From Nevskiales bacterium (GTDB lineage Bacteria; Pseudomonadota; Gammaproteobacteria; Nevskiales; CAJXLF01), in contig JBFJXR010000001.1 in assembly GCA_041622995.1 (NCBI GenBank), forward strand, positions 10,933 to 74,932: a DNA stretch of 64,000 bases, written 5' to 3'. A model generated the notes under the pieces. It was not told where the DNA came from and did no database searches. It was given only the letters and a program-made list of their open reading frames with translations. Numbering within the stretch: the first letter of the stretch is position 1; every line of letters starts with the position of its first letter. The translations under genes and the position numbers were made by a program. Of the stretch, positions 51,816 to 60,802 are shown piece by piece.

Positions 51816-51828
51816 TATCAATAACTTA
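51816..51828 (+). promoter_or_regulatory. candidate IHF site
   Basis: tATCAAtaacTTA fits WATCAANNNNTTR. It lies in an AT-rich tract between the inverted repeat and the sigma-54 promoter. Confidence 0.4.
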
Positions 51829-51834
51829 AAACAA

Positions 51835-51850
51835 TGGCACGAACCATGCT
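51835..51850 (+). promoter_or_regulatory. sigma-54 (-24/-12) promoter of pilA
   Basis: TGGCACgaaccaTGCT compares with the consensus TGGCACG-N4-TTGCW. GG-to-GC spacing is exactly 12 nt. It lies 62 nt upstream of the pilA ATG, which has a gaggag RBS. Confidence 0.8.
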
Positions 51851-51911
51851 GCTTTATAGAGAGACGTCTTTATACGCGTCTTAACGCAACACTCATGAGG
51901 AGAACAACGTT

Positions 51912-52397
51912 ATGAAACAGGTTCAAAAGGGTTTTACCCTAATCGAATTGATGATCGTGGTTGCGATCATCGGCATTCTGGCAGCCATTGCTTTACCGGC
52001 TTACCAGGATTACACCAAACGCGCCAAAATGTCTGAAGTAATTCTGGCCGCATCTTCCTGCCGTACAACGATCACTGAAGTTGTACAGTCATCCAACAGC
52101 GCAGCAGTATTTACTGCCAATGGCTGGGGTTGTGAAGCCTCATCAGCAGCTGGTGTTTCACAGTACGTTACGCGTATTGACACATCTGCAGCTGGCGTTA
52201 TTTCGGTTACAGCACGTAACATTGACGCCAATGATGTCGACGGTAAAATCGTCACACTGCGTCCATGCTCTAACCCAGATGGCACCAATGCTGCTTGCAC
52301 AGTGCCAGTTGGCGGTGATGCTGTAGCTGTCTGGATTTGTGGCGGCACAGGTACAACTGTAGTCAAGAAATTCCTGCCGGGCTCATGCCGCGGGTAG
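51912..52397 (+). CDS. pilA: type IVa major pilin
   Basis: 161 aa. The prepilin leader is [34 protein letters not shown], with Glu at +5. The C-terminal region ..[15 protein letters not shown] resembles the Neisseria/Dichelobacter-class pilin tail. Confidence 0.9.
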   Translation: MKQVQKGFTLIELMIVVAIIGILAAIALPAYQDYTKRAKMSEVILAASSCRTTITEVVQSSNSAAVFTANGWGCEASSAAGVSQYVTRIDTSAAGVISVTARNIDANDVDGKIVTLRPCSNPDGTNAACTVPVGGDAVAVWICGGTGTTVVKKFLPGSCRG

Positions 52398-52421
52398 TTG
52401 ACTAGTAGTTAAAGAGTACTG

Positions 52422-52453
52422 CGGGCCACGCTTTTGCGTGGCCCGTTTTTTTT
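52422..52453 (+). terminator. rho-independent terminator after pilA
   Basis: The sequence is cgggccacgc-tttt-gcgtggcccg followed by T8. Confidence 0.85.
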
Positions 52454-52496
52454 GTACAGGATATTTAAGCACTAAGCTCAACGACCTGAAATACCG

Positions 52497-54221
52497 ATGC
52501 ATATGGACAAGATATTTCTAAAAAAAAGAATTACAACGCTTTGCATCACATCGTCAGTAATTGTATGGCTGGCAGCCTTTTTGGCTCCAGATCATTACCC
52601 ACCATGGAAGTCTTTTTATAATGAATTTGCCGCGTTCTGTGGGCTTGGTTTCCTGCTCCTTTATGCAATCTTAACTACAACCAAGGAAGCTTTGACAATA
52701 CCGCGTTGGGCAATACTTTTATATCCAATTTCACTTATCCCGATTGCACAATATTTATTTGGTCTTCTGTATTTTAGTGGAGACGCCCTAATAACTGCCT
52801 CCTATATCTTTGCACTGGCCTTGGCAATTCCTGTCGGGTTCTCATTAACCAGACAACATAAAACACTGTTTATAGTCGCAATATGCCATGTGATATTAGC
52901 CGCAGCGGCATGTTCATTATTTGTGGCCCTACTACAATGGCTTGAGATTGAAGCCATCAACTTCATGATTTTCAGAGGTGACAGCCCGACACGACCTGGC
53001 GCCAATCTGGGCCAGGCGAACAATTTCGCCACATTACTACTTCTGGCATTAGCTTCAATTTTTTATTTGAAGCTGACTGACCGCGTCGGCAATACTCTAT
53101 TTATATTAACGATCATTCTCATGATTTTAGGTATAACAATCACCCAGTCCAGAACAGCATTGATAGGCTTTGCATTTTTGATTTTCTGGTGGCTCGTCAA
53201 AAGAAGTCAAGTAACCGCGTTAAAAAAACACTCTGTATTTTTCGGGCTTACAACTGCACTTCTATTTCTGGCAGGCAGCATATCTGTCTGGTCGGCAGCT
53301 GTATCTTCCACTAACCAGACAGATCATCCACTTCCTGTACAACGCAGCAGCGACCCGATTCCCGAAACTCGTCTGGCCATGTGGACTGGTTTATTAAATG
53401 CGACTTATGAAAAACCATGGACAGGCTACGGTTGGAACCAGGTGGGTGTTGCACATGCCTTAACGGCAGAAAACTTTCCCCGATCAATCATGGTCACGCA
53501 TAGCCACAATATTGCAGTTGACATCCTAGTATGGAACGGTATTCCGATTGGACTTTTTTTAATTTTCTCGATTGCCTATCTAGGTATTTCCCGCGCTATC
53601 AAAAGCACTACTACAGAAAGCTGGTTCGGGATTCTGGCTATCGGCATGATTGGCATACATAGTCTGCTTGAGTACCCATTGGAATACGCTTATTTTCTCA
53701 TTCCATTTGGGCTATTTGCCGGGCTAGTAGAGGCGGACCACGTAGAAGGCAACCCAGTCAAAATCTCCAGAATGTTTTTAAGCATTATTTTTCTCTTTTA
53801 TACAGTTACAGCCAGCTTTTTCTTAAACGAATATCTCATTGAAGAGCAGGATCACAGATTAGCGCGCTTTCAAACCTATAAAATCGGGCAGCATGACAGC
53901 TCTCAAAGCAATCGAAGCTCAACTGTATTTAATCAACTAGGAGAAGATACTGCCTTTATGCGCGCTGAGCTTCATGAAAAAATGCAAGACTCAGAATTGG
54001 AGCAGATTCGCAAAGTTGCTTATCGATATCCGAATTTCAGCAATCTTTTTCGCTACAAACTAGCCCTATTACTCAACAATCAACCACAAAAGGCCGAGGC
54101 TGAATTTCGACGAATAACAAATCTTTATGGAGTAAATGGGCGAGAGGAAGCAATTAAAAACATGCGAATACTTTCGGAGGCTCGATACCCACAAATAAGA
54201 GAAATTTATAAAAACTGGTAA
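52497..54221 (+). CDS. O-antigen ligase (Wzy_C) family membrane protein, a putative pilin O-oligosaccharyltransferase (TfpO/PglL-like)
   Basis: 574 aa and polytopic, with a large loop containing ..ITQSRTALIG.. (Wzy_C-like) and a soluble helical C-terminal domain. It sits between pilA and pilB. The function is inferred from family and context only. Confidence 0.65.
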   Translation: MHMDKIFLKKRITTLCITSSVIVWLAAFLAPDHYPPWKSFYNEFAAFCGLGFLLLYAILTTTKEALTIPRWAILLYPISLIPIAQYLFGLLYFSGDALITASYIFALALAIPVGFSLTRQHKTLFIVAICHVILAAAACSLFVALLQWLEIEAINFMIFRGDSPTRPGANLGQANNFATLLLLALASIFYLKLTDRVGNTLFILTIILMILGITITQSRTALIGFAFLIFWWLVKRSQVTALKKHSVFFGLTTALLFLAGSISVWSAAVSSTNQTDHPLPVQRSSDPIPETRLAMWTGLLNATYEKPWTGYGWNQVGVAHALTAENFPRSIMVTHSHNIAVDILVWNGIPIGLFLIFSIAYLGISRAIKSTTTESWFGILAIGMIGIHSLLEYPLEYAYFLIPFGLFAGLVEADHVEGNPVKISRMFLSIIFLFYTVTASFFLNEYLIEEQDHRLARFQTYKIGQHDSSQSNRSSTVFNQLGEDTAFMRAELHEKMQDSELEQIRKVAYRYPNFSNLFRYKLALLLNNQPQKAEAEFRRITNLYGVNGREEAIKNMRILSEARYPQIREIYKNW

Positions 54222-54334
54222 TTAGTTGCAATAGTCCGCATATATTGGGATTGGGCATATGATCATAACTAATGCATTTACCCTTTTAGGCATATTATAT
54301 TGGCCGTATAACAACTGTTCTGGGATAATCAATT

Positions 54335-56047
54335 ATGGCCTCAAATCCACAATCAATCAGATTAACCGGCTTGGCACAACGACTGGTGAGCGAAGGCCTG
54401 CTGGATGAATCAAACGCGCAAGCGGCCTATGCCGAGTCCAGCAAAAAAAGAATCCCGTTTGTTGATTACATTGTTGAAAATAATCTCGTCAATGGCTCGA
54501 AAGCTGCCGAAGCTGCCAGCCGTGAATTCGGGCTGCCGACTCTGGAGCTTTCCAGTTTTGATCTAAGTCAGTGCCCCATTGACCTGGCCAATGATCAGAT
54601 AATTCGCAAGCATAATGCCCTTCCGCTTTTCCTGCGAAACAAACGCCTGTTTGTAGCAATATCAGACCCGACCAATATAGCTGGTCTTGATGAAATTAAA
54701 TTCACATCTGGTTTGAGTATTGAACCCGTTATCGCTGAGATAACAAAACTCAGAACAGCAATCGATGAAGTATTAAACGCAAATGATACAAGCCTGGATG
54801 ACCTTGATGACGCCGACCTTGAAAATCTGGACATGTCTGCAGGGGAGGAAACAGATTCTCCTGATGTATCTGTAGGCGACACAGAAGACGCACCTGTCGT
54901 CAGGTTCGTAAACAAGGTTCTGCTTGATGCAATTAACAAAGGCGCGTCTGATATACATTTTGAGCCTTATGAAAAGTCATACAGGGTTCGCTTGCGTCTG
55001 GATGGCGTCTTGCAACAGGTTTCAACCCCACCAGTTACACTAGGCAGCCGTCTTTCTGCACGATTAAAAGTGTTATCAAGGCTGGACCTGGCCGAAAGGC
55101 GCGTCCCTCAGGATGGACGTATCAAATTGAACCTTTCCCGAAATAAATCAATTGATTTTCGCGTGAGCACCTGCCCTACACTCTGGGGCGAAAAAGTAGT
55201 AATGCGTATTCTCGACGCATCTGTCGCACAAATGGGCATTGATGCTCTCGGTTATGAACCAGAGCAAAAAGCACTATACCAGGAGAATCTGGAAAAACCC
55301 TATGGGATGATTTTAGTCACTGGACCAACTGGTAGTGGTAAATCAGTCTCGCTTTATACCGGATTGAATATCCTGAACACACCGAATCGGAATATTTCCA
55401 CTGCAGAAGACCCGGTTGAAATTAATGTAGAAGGCATTAACCAGGTGCATGTAAACCCGAAAGTCGGACTGACGTTTGCTTCCACATTGCGGTCCTTCTT
55501 GCGACAGGACCCCGACGTCATCATGGTGGGTGAAATTCGTGACCTAGAAACTGCAGAAATTGCGATCAAAGCTGCCCAAACAGGTCACATGGTCTTATCC
55601 ACATTACATACCAATGACGCACCGCAAACACTGACACGACTGGTGAATATGGGTGTACCGGCATATAACATAGCTTCATCGGTGAATCTGATAATTGCCC
55701 AGCGCCTGGCACGCAGGCTATGTGATAGCTGCAAGACGCCAGTTGATATCCCAAAAGAAGAATTAATCAAAGAAGGCTTCAAGGAAGATGCGCTTGACGA
55801 TCTAACGATAAATGAACCTGTGGGCTGCGAACGCTGTAATGAAGGATACAAAGGGCGGATAGGAATTTATCAGGTAATGCCAGTCACAGAACACATCGGG
55901 CGCATCATTATGGAAGGCGGCAATGCCATGCAAATTGCAGATCAGGCCGCATCAGAAGGCGTTATGGATTTAAGAGCCGCCGGATTGAAAAAAGTGCAAG
56001 ATGGAGTCACAAGTCTGGCAGAAATTAACCGTGTAACCATAGAATAG
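54335..56047 (+). CDS. pilB: type IV pilus assembly ATPase PilB
   Basis: 570 aa. It has a T2SSE N-domain, Walker A (GPTGSGKS), Asp/His boxes and a tetracysteine motif (CDSC..CERC). Confidence 0.95.
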   Translation: MASNPQSIRLTGLAQRLVSEGLLDESNAQAAYAESSKKRIPFVDYIVENNLVNGSKAAEAASREFGLPTLELSSFDLSQCPIDLANDQIIRKHNALPLFLRNKRLFVAISDPTNIAGLDEIKFTSGLSIEPVIAEITKLRTAIDEVLNANDTSLDDLDDADLENLDMSAGEETDSPDVSVGDTEDAPVVRFVNKVLLDAINKGASDIHFEPYEKSYRVRLRLDGVLQQVSTPPVTLGSRLSARLKVLSRLDLAERRVPQDGRIKLNLSRNKSIDFRVSTCPTLWGEKVVMRILDASVAQMGIDALGYEPEQKALYQENLEKPYGMILVTGPTGSGKSVSLYTGLNILNTPNRNISTAEDPVEINVEGINQVHVNPKVGLTFASTLRSFLRQDPDVIMVGEIRDLETAEIAIKAAQTGHMVLSTLHTNDAPQTLTRLVNMGVPAYNIASSVNLIIAQRLARRLCDSCKTPVDIPKEELIKEGFKEDALDDLTINEPVGCERCNEGYKGRIGIYQVMPVTEHIGRIIMEGGNAMQIADQAASEGVMDLRAAGLKKVQDGVTSLAEINRVTIE

Positions 56048-56054
56048 ATAAACC

Positions 56055-57281
56055 ATGGCAACAGCAGCAAAATCAGTAAGCAAGGAAAAAACCTTCCTCT
56101 GGCAAGGCACTGATAAAAAAGGTAAAAAAATAAAGGGTCAAACAATTGCCGCTAACGACGCCCTGGTAAGAGCAATGCTGCGCAAACAGGGCATAACGCC
56201 GAGTAAGGTCAATCAGCAATCCGCCCTGTTCAAACCACGTAAGAAAAAAATCACATCAGGTGATATTGCAATTTTTGCCCGGCAGTTGGCCACCATGATG
56301 AAAGCTGGCGTTCCACTTGTGCAGGCGCTGCAACTAGTTGCCCAGGGACACGAGAACCCATCAGTTAGAGAACTCGTAGGAAAGATTAAAGTAGATATTG
56401 AGGGAGGTGGAACTCTTGCTGAAGCACTAGGAAAACATCCCATGCATTTCGACGACCTGTTTGTGAACCTTGTTGAGGCTGGTGAAAAGTCAGGAACGCT
56501 TGAAGCATTATTAGATAAGGTTGCGGTTTATAAAGAAAAGACCGAAGCACTGAAAGCTAAAGTCAAGAAGGCGATGTTTTACCCAACAGCCGTCATAATT
56601 GTAGCTTTTATAGTATCTGGAATCCTGTTGTATTTTGTTGTGCCTACTTTCCAGGAATTGTTTCAAAGTTTCGGTGCTGACCTACCAGCTTTTACTTTAT
56701 TCGTCATCGGATTATCAGAATTCTTGCAGGAATGGATCTGGGCTATTTTGCTTGGCATTGGCGCTACAGCTTTCAGCTTTGTACAGGCGCATAAGCGCTC
56801 TCGAGGTTTCCGTAGACTACTACATAGATTGCAGCTCAAACTGCCTATAGTTGGTGATATTTTCTACAAATCCGCCGTAGCAAGATTTGCTCGTACTTTA
56901 TCCACCATGTTTGCTGCTGGCGTGCCTTTGGTAGAAGCACTAGAATCCGTTGCCAAGGCAGCAGGCAATATCGTCTTTGAAGAAGCTATTTATGATATTC
57001 GTGAACAGGTTGCTACTGGATTGCAGTTACAGCTGGCCATGAGTCAGGCTGGAATTTTTCCCAATCTTGCGACACAAATGGTAGCTATTGGTGAGGAATC
57101 AGGCGCTCTGGATGACATGTGTGCAAAAGTGGCCGATTTCTATGAGGCAGAAGTTGATAACCTGGTAGACGCATTAAGTAGCCTGCTAGAACCCCTGATT
57201 ATGGCTGTTATCGGCGTCATGGTGGGTGGTCTGGTAATTGCCATGTATCTGCCAATCTTCAAACTCGGCGCTGTCGTCTAA
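56055..57281 (+). CDS. pilC: type IV pilus platform protein PilC
   Basis: 408 aa with two GspF/T2SSF repeats and 3 TM helices. Confidence 0.95.
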   Translation: MATAAKSVSKEKTFLWQGTDKKGKKIKGQTIAANDALVRAMLRKQGITPSKVNQQSALFKPRKKKITSGDIAIFARQLATMMKAGVPLVQALQLVAQGHENPSVRELVGKIKVDIEGGGTLAEALGKHPMHFDDLFVNLVEAGEKSGTLEALLDKVAVYKEKTEALKAKVKKAMFYPTAVIIVAFIVSGILLYFVVPTFQELFQSFGADLPAFTLFVIGLSEFLQEWIWAILLGIGATAFSFVQAHKRSRGFRRLLHRLQLKLPIVGDIFYKSAVARFARTLSTMFAAGVPLVEALESVAKAAGNIVFEEAIYDIREQVATGLQLQLAMSQAGIFPNLATQMVAIGEESGALDDMCAKVADFYEAEVDNLVDALSSLLEPLIMAVIGVMVGGLVIAMYLPIFKLGAVV

Positions 57282-57283
57282 CC

Positions 57284-58153
57284 GTGTATACATTCGAATT
57301 ATTGCAGGCCTCGCCTGCGTTACTTACTGCCTGCGTTTTTCTGCTTGGCCTTTGCATTGGCAGCTTCATGAATGTTGTCATTTCCAGATTACCTCGAATG
57401 ATGGAACAAACCTGGAAAACAGAATGCGCCGAACTACTTAATGACGAGAGTTTACTTCCAGCTGAAAAAATCTCTCTGGTTAAGCCAAATTCACATTGCC
57501 CAAACTGCAAATCGCCTGTTCGTGTCTGGCAGAATATTCCGGTACTAAGCTACCTGTTACTCAGGGGGCAATGTTCAAATTGCAAGACTCGTATATCATT
57601 ACTTTATCCAACGGTTGAACTGATCACCGGCTTACTGTCTGTTGCGGTTGTCATGGCATTTGGATGGTCTGCACAAACTGTCATGGCACTTGTCCTGACG
57701 TGGTCACTCGTACCGCTGGCGTTTATTGATCTACAGCATCAGTTATTACCCGATGACATTACCTTACCTGTGCTATGGCTAGGCCTGCTGGCAAGCATTG
57801 GCGGCGTATTCACCAATCCGGTTGACAGCATACTGGGCGCGGCTTTTGGCTACTTGAGCCTATGGAGTATCTATCAGGCTTTTAGACTGATTACCGGCAA
57901 GGAAGGAATGGGCTACGGTGACTTCAAGCTATTTGCCCTATTTGGCGCCTGGCTGGGATGGCAGTCTCTCCCGCTCATAGTTTTGCTCTCATCCGTGGTC
58001 GGAGCAGTCACTGCAACTGTACTACTTGCATTTAAAAAACTGCCTGAAGACAGGGCAATTCCATTCGGGCCATTTCTGGCAGGCGCCGGCTGGATTGCAT
58101 TAATTGCCGGTGATGAAATCATTGCCTGGTACTGGAATATTGCAGGCCTTTAA
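57284..58153 (+). CDS. pilD: prepilin peptidase/N-methyltransferase PilD
   Basis: 289 aa with a GTG start. It has Cys pairs (CPNC..CSNC) and the A24 peptidase motif GMGYGDFKL. Confidence 0.9.
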   Translation: MYTFELLQASPALLTACVFLLGLCIGSFMNVVISRLPRMMEQTWKTECAELLNDESLLPAEKISLVKPNSHCPNCKSPVRVWQNIPVLSYLLLRGQCSNCKTRISLLYPTVELITGLLSVAVVMAFGWSAQTVMALVLTWSLVPLAFIDLQHQLLPDDITLPVLWLGLLASIGGVFTNPVDSILGAAFGYLSLWSIYQAFRLITGKEGMGYGDFKLFALFGAWLGWQSLPLIVLLSSVVGAVTATVLLAFKKLPEDRAIPFGPFLAGAGWIALIAGDEIIAWYWNIAGL

Positions 58154-58156
58154 ATC

Positions 58157-58798
58157 ATGCCCTTTACACTTGGCCTCACGGGCGGCATAGCCGGCGGTAA
58201 ATCCTTAGTTGGCGAATACTTCCGGGACAAAGGCATAACCGTCATCGATGCCGATCAGATATCCAGAGATGTTGTCGAACCGGGTACTGAGGCGCTTTTG
58301 GCTTTGGTGACCCATTTTGGCCCGGAAATCCTGAGTTCCGATGGCAGCATGAATCGCCCATACATGCGTAAACGTGTATTCAGCGATTCTTCGCAGAGAT
58401 TCAAGTTAGAAGAGATTCTTCACCCATTTATTAAGAATCGTTTACTCAAATTGCGCGATAACGCATTACATGCCGACCATAAACCTTATTGCGTACTCAT
58501 GATTCCGTTACTCGTGAAATTCGGCTGGTGTAATCTGGTAGATCGGCTTCTCGTAATTGACTGCAGTGAAGAAACTCAATTGAAGCGTCTGGTTAATCGC
58601 GACGGGATTGATAAAACGCTTGCTAGAAACATGCTTCAAAGTCAGGACACAAGACAGCAGCGACTCAACGCGGCAGATGATGTGATATTGAATGAGGGAA
58701 GTACTGAGGAAATATTCAACGCGATAACAAAGCTTCATTTACTCTATGAACAACTTGGAAACGGTGAAATTAATGAACTGGAACCGCAGAAGTTCTAG
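58157..58798 (+). CDS. coaE: dephospho-CoA kinase
   Basis: 213 aa with the P-loop GLTGGIAGGKS. It follows pilD, as in Pseudomonas. Confidence 0.9.
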   Translation: MPFTLGLTGGIAGGKSLVGEYFRDKGITVIDADQISRDVVEPGTEALLALVTHFGPEILSSDGSMNRPYMRKRVFSDSSQRFKLEEILHPFIKNRLLKLRDNALHADHKPYCVLMIPLLVKFGWCNLVDRLLVIDCSEETQLKRLVNRDGIDKTLARNMLQSQDTRQQRLNAADDVILNEGSTEEIFNAITKLHLLYEQLGNGEINELEPQKF

Positions 58799-58812
58799 TA
58801 TACATTTGCTCA

Positions 58813-59637
58813 ATGCCACACGCCGCGTACAATGGTGCGCCCTTAACCTGTTGGGATCGACACTTGTCTGAAACTTCGCAAGTATGTTTTGAACAACCCC
58901 TGAACGAACGTGCCAGAACTTTCCTGCGTTTGGAGCACCTCTTTCAGCAGTTTTCCCATTGCCATGATGACAAAAGCGAATGGGGTGACCGCGCCTATAT
59001 GCTTTGTCTTCTGGATTTACTGACTTTACTTGGGCGTAACGATATCCGCACCGAGATTACCAAAGAACTTGGCGAACAAGTGGGGAAGTTGCAGAAATTA
59101 CAGAATAGACCCGGCGTTGACCCCAGCCGTCTTGAAAATATTCTGCAGGAACTGACTGATCTCTATAACAAAATGCACGACATGCAGACCCAGTTTAACG
59201 GGAGTCTGATTAGGGACAATGATTTCCTGAATGCCATTTCAAACCGCGCAGCCATTCCAGGCGGGAGCTGCTCTTTTGACCTTCCCGGTTACCACCTCTG
59301 GTTAAATCGTGATGACGATTTCAAAGAAAAACACATTGGCATCTGGTCACAGAACCTTGAATATTTCGAGCGCTCAGTAAATTTAATATTGAGACTTTTT
59401 CGCACCAGTGCTGACCCCCAGCCATATCAGGCCGATGGTGGTGTTTATGTTCATGACCTGACACAACCATGCCAGATGGTGAGAGTATTAATGCCTGATA
59501 ACCTACCCTTATATCCGGAAATCAGTGCTGGCCGACATCGTTGCACTATTCGTTTTATGGAACAGGATGGCAGCACACTGTCTGCTTCACAAACTCAGCG
59601 CCATGTAAGCTTTCAAATGGCCTGTTGTCACCTCTAA
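58813..59637 (+). CDS. zapD: cell division protein ZapD
   Basis: FEQPLNERARTFLRLEHLFQQ matches the ZapD N-terminal block. The true start may be the TTG at 58864, because the first 17 codons are not ZapD-like. Confidence 0.85.
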   Translation: MPHAAYNGAPLTCWDRHLSETSQVCFEQPLNERARTFLRLEHLFQQFSHCHDDKSEWGDRAYMLCLLDLLTLLGRNDIRTEITKELGEQVGKLQKLQNRPGVDPSRLENILQELTDLYNKMHDMQTQFNGSLIRDNDFLNAISNRAAIPGGSCSFDLPGYHLWLNRDDDFKEKHIGIWSQNLEYFERSVNLILRLFRTSADPQPYQADGGVYVHDLTQPCQMVRVLMPDNLPLYPEISAGRHRCTIRFMEQDGSTLSASQTQRHVSFQMACCHL

Positions 59638-59649
59638 ATCAACTTTACT

Positions 59650-59841
59650 ATGACTGATCGTATTTCAAGCTGCCCTCAATGCGGCAAATCATGTCGAATA
59701 GATAGTGAAAATCAGTGGAGACCCTTCTGCTGTGAACGATGCAAACTACTGGACCTTGGGGATTGGGTCGAGGAACGCTTTCGCATACCCAGCGAAAGCC
59801 AGGATGGCAGTCTGGAGCACAGCGAAAGTGACCCAGACTGA
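59650..59841 (+). CDS. yacG: DNA gyrase inhibitor YacG (zinc finger)
   Basis: 63 aa with CPQCGK..WRPFCCERCKLLDLGDW. Confidence 0.9.
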   Translation: MTDRISSCPQCGKSCRIDSENQWRPFCCERCKLLDLGDWVEERFRIPSESQDGSLEHSESDPD

Positions 59842-59845
59842 TAGA

Positions 59846-60796
59846 TCATTGCCGATCTGCCATCCAGAGCCCACGGATAGCTGCCACACCTTGTGCACCC
59901 TTTTGCCATGCTGTATCTAAATATTCTCGTGTCATGCCGCCGAGGGCAAAAACAGGCAATTCCGCATTTGCAGCTAATTCATTAAATCCACTCCAGCTCA
60001 ACACAGGGCTATCTGGATGGCTGGGCGTTTCAGTCACAGGACCTAGAACCGCAAAGTCACAGCCGATGGCAGCCGCTTTCTCAAGCTCTGTTGCATTATG
60101 GCAGGATGCAGCAAACCTAAGTTTTCGGGCGATAGGGCGCTGTTTACAAAAGGATAACTCAAAGCTATTCAAATGCAATCCAACCCCTAACTCGATGGAC
60201 AACCCTACCAGATCCACAAGCAATTCAGCACCATATTGGCTACAAATATCCTGGCATTTAATAGCCAGTCTTTTGTATTCATCCCCTCGTATCTTCGATT
60301 GTCGAAGTCGTACCATTCGGATGCCGGATTTCAGAGATTGCTCCAATCCTGAAAGAAAGACCGAAACATCGCTCTCACAATCCGGCGTAATCAGATATGC
60401 GGTGGGAAGCTGGGCAGATTTCACAATAGGACGGTTGGCTTCCAGCATTTCATAATCATCAAGCGCTTCCGGCGTCACCCAGGCAAAACGCTGACCCTCT
60501 CTGGATTGTGCCTGCCCGGCCCATTGAGTGACCTGCCAGGTATCCAGCATCACACGCCGGTCTGGATATACGTATTTGATTGATATGAGTGGTCTGGCAT
60601 CGTTGATTAGCAGCCCCAATTCTTCATCGAGCTCCCGGACCAAGGCCTGCTTTACTGATTCCCCGCGCTCTACCTTGCCCCCCGGGAATTCCCACTGTCC
60701 TGCAAAAGCACAGTCAGGCTTTCGCTGGCTGATTAAAATACGTCCTTTTGAGTCAGTGAGCACACCGACTGCAATATGCAAAAATCCTTCGCCCAC
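59846..60796 (-). CDS. mutT: Nudix hydrolase (MutT-like) fused to a thiamine-phosphate-synthase/TenI-like domain
   Basis: 316 aa. The N-terminal Nudix box reads GGKVERGESVKQALVRELDEELG. The C-terminal ~180 aa form a TIM-barrel-like ThiE/TenI pattern (..FALGGM..GAQGVAAIRG..). Confidence 0.8.
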   Translation of the reverse strand: MGEGFLHIAVGVLTDSKGRILISQRKPDCAFAGQWEFPGGKVERGESVKQALVRELDEELGLLINDARPLISIKYVYPDRRVMLDTWQVTQWAGQAQSREGQRFAWVTPEALDDYEMLEANRPIVKSAQLPTAYLITPDCESDVSVFLSGLEQSLKSGIRMVRLRQSKIRGDEYKRLAIKCQDICSQYGAELLVDLVGLSIELGVGLHLNSFELSFCKQRPIARKLRFAASCHNATELEKAAAIGCDFAVLGPVTETPSHPDSPVLSWSGFNELAANAELPVFALGGMTREYLDTAWQKGAQGVAAIRGLWMADRQ

Positions 60797-60802
60797 TGTA
60801 AA

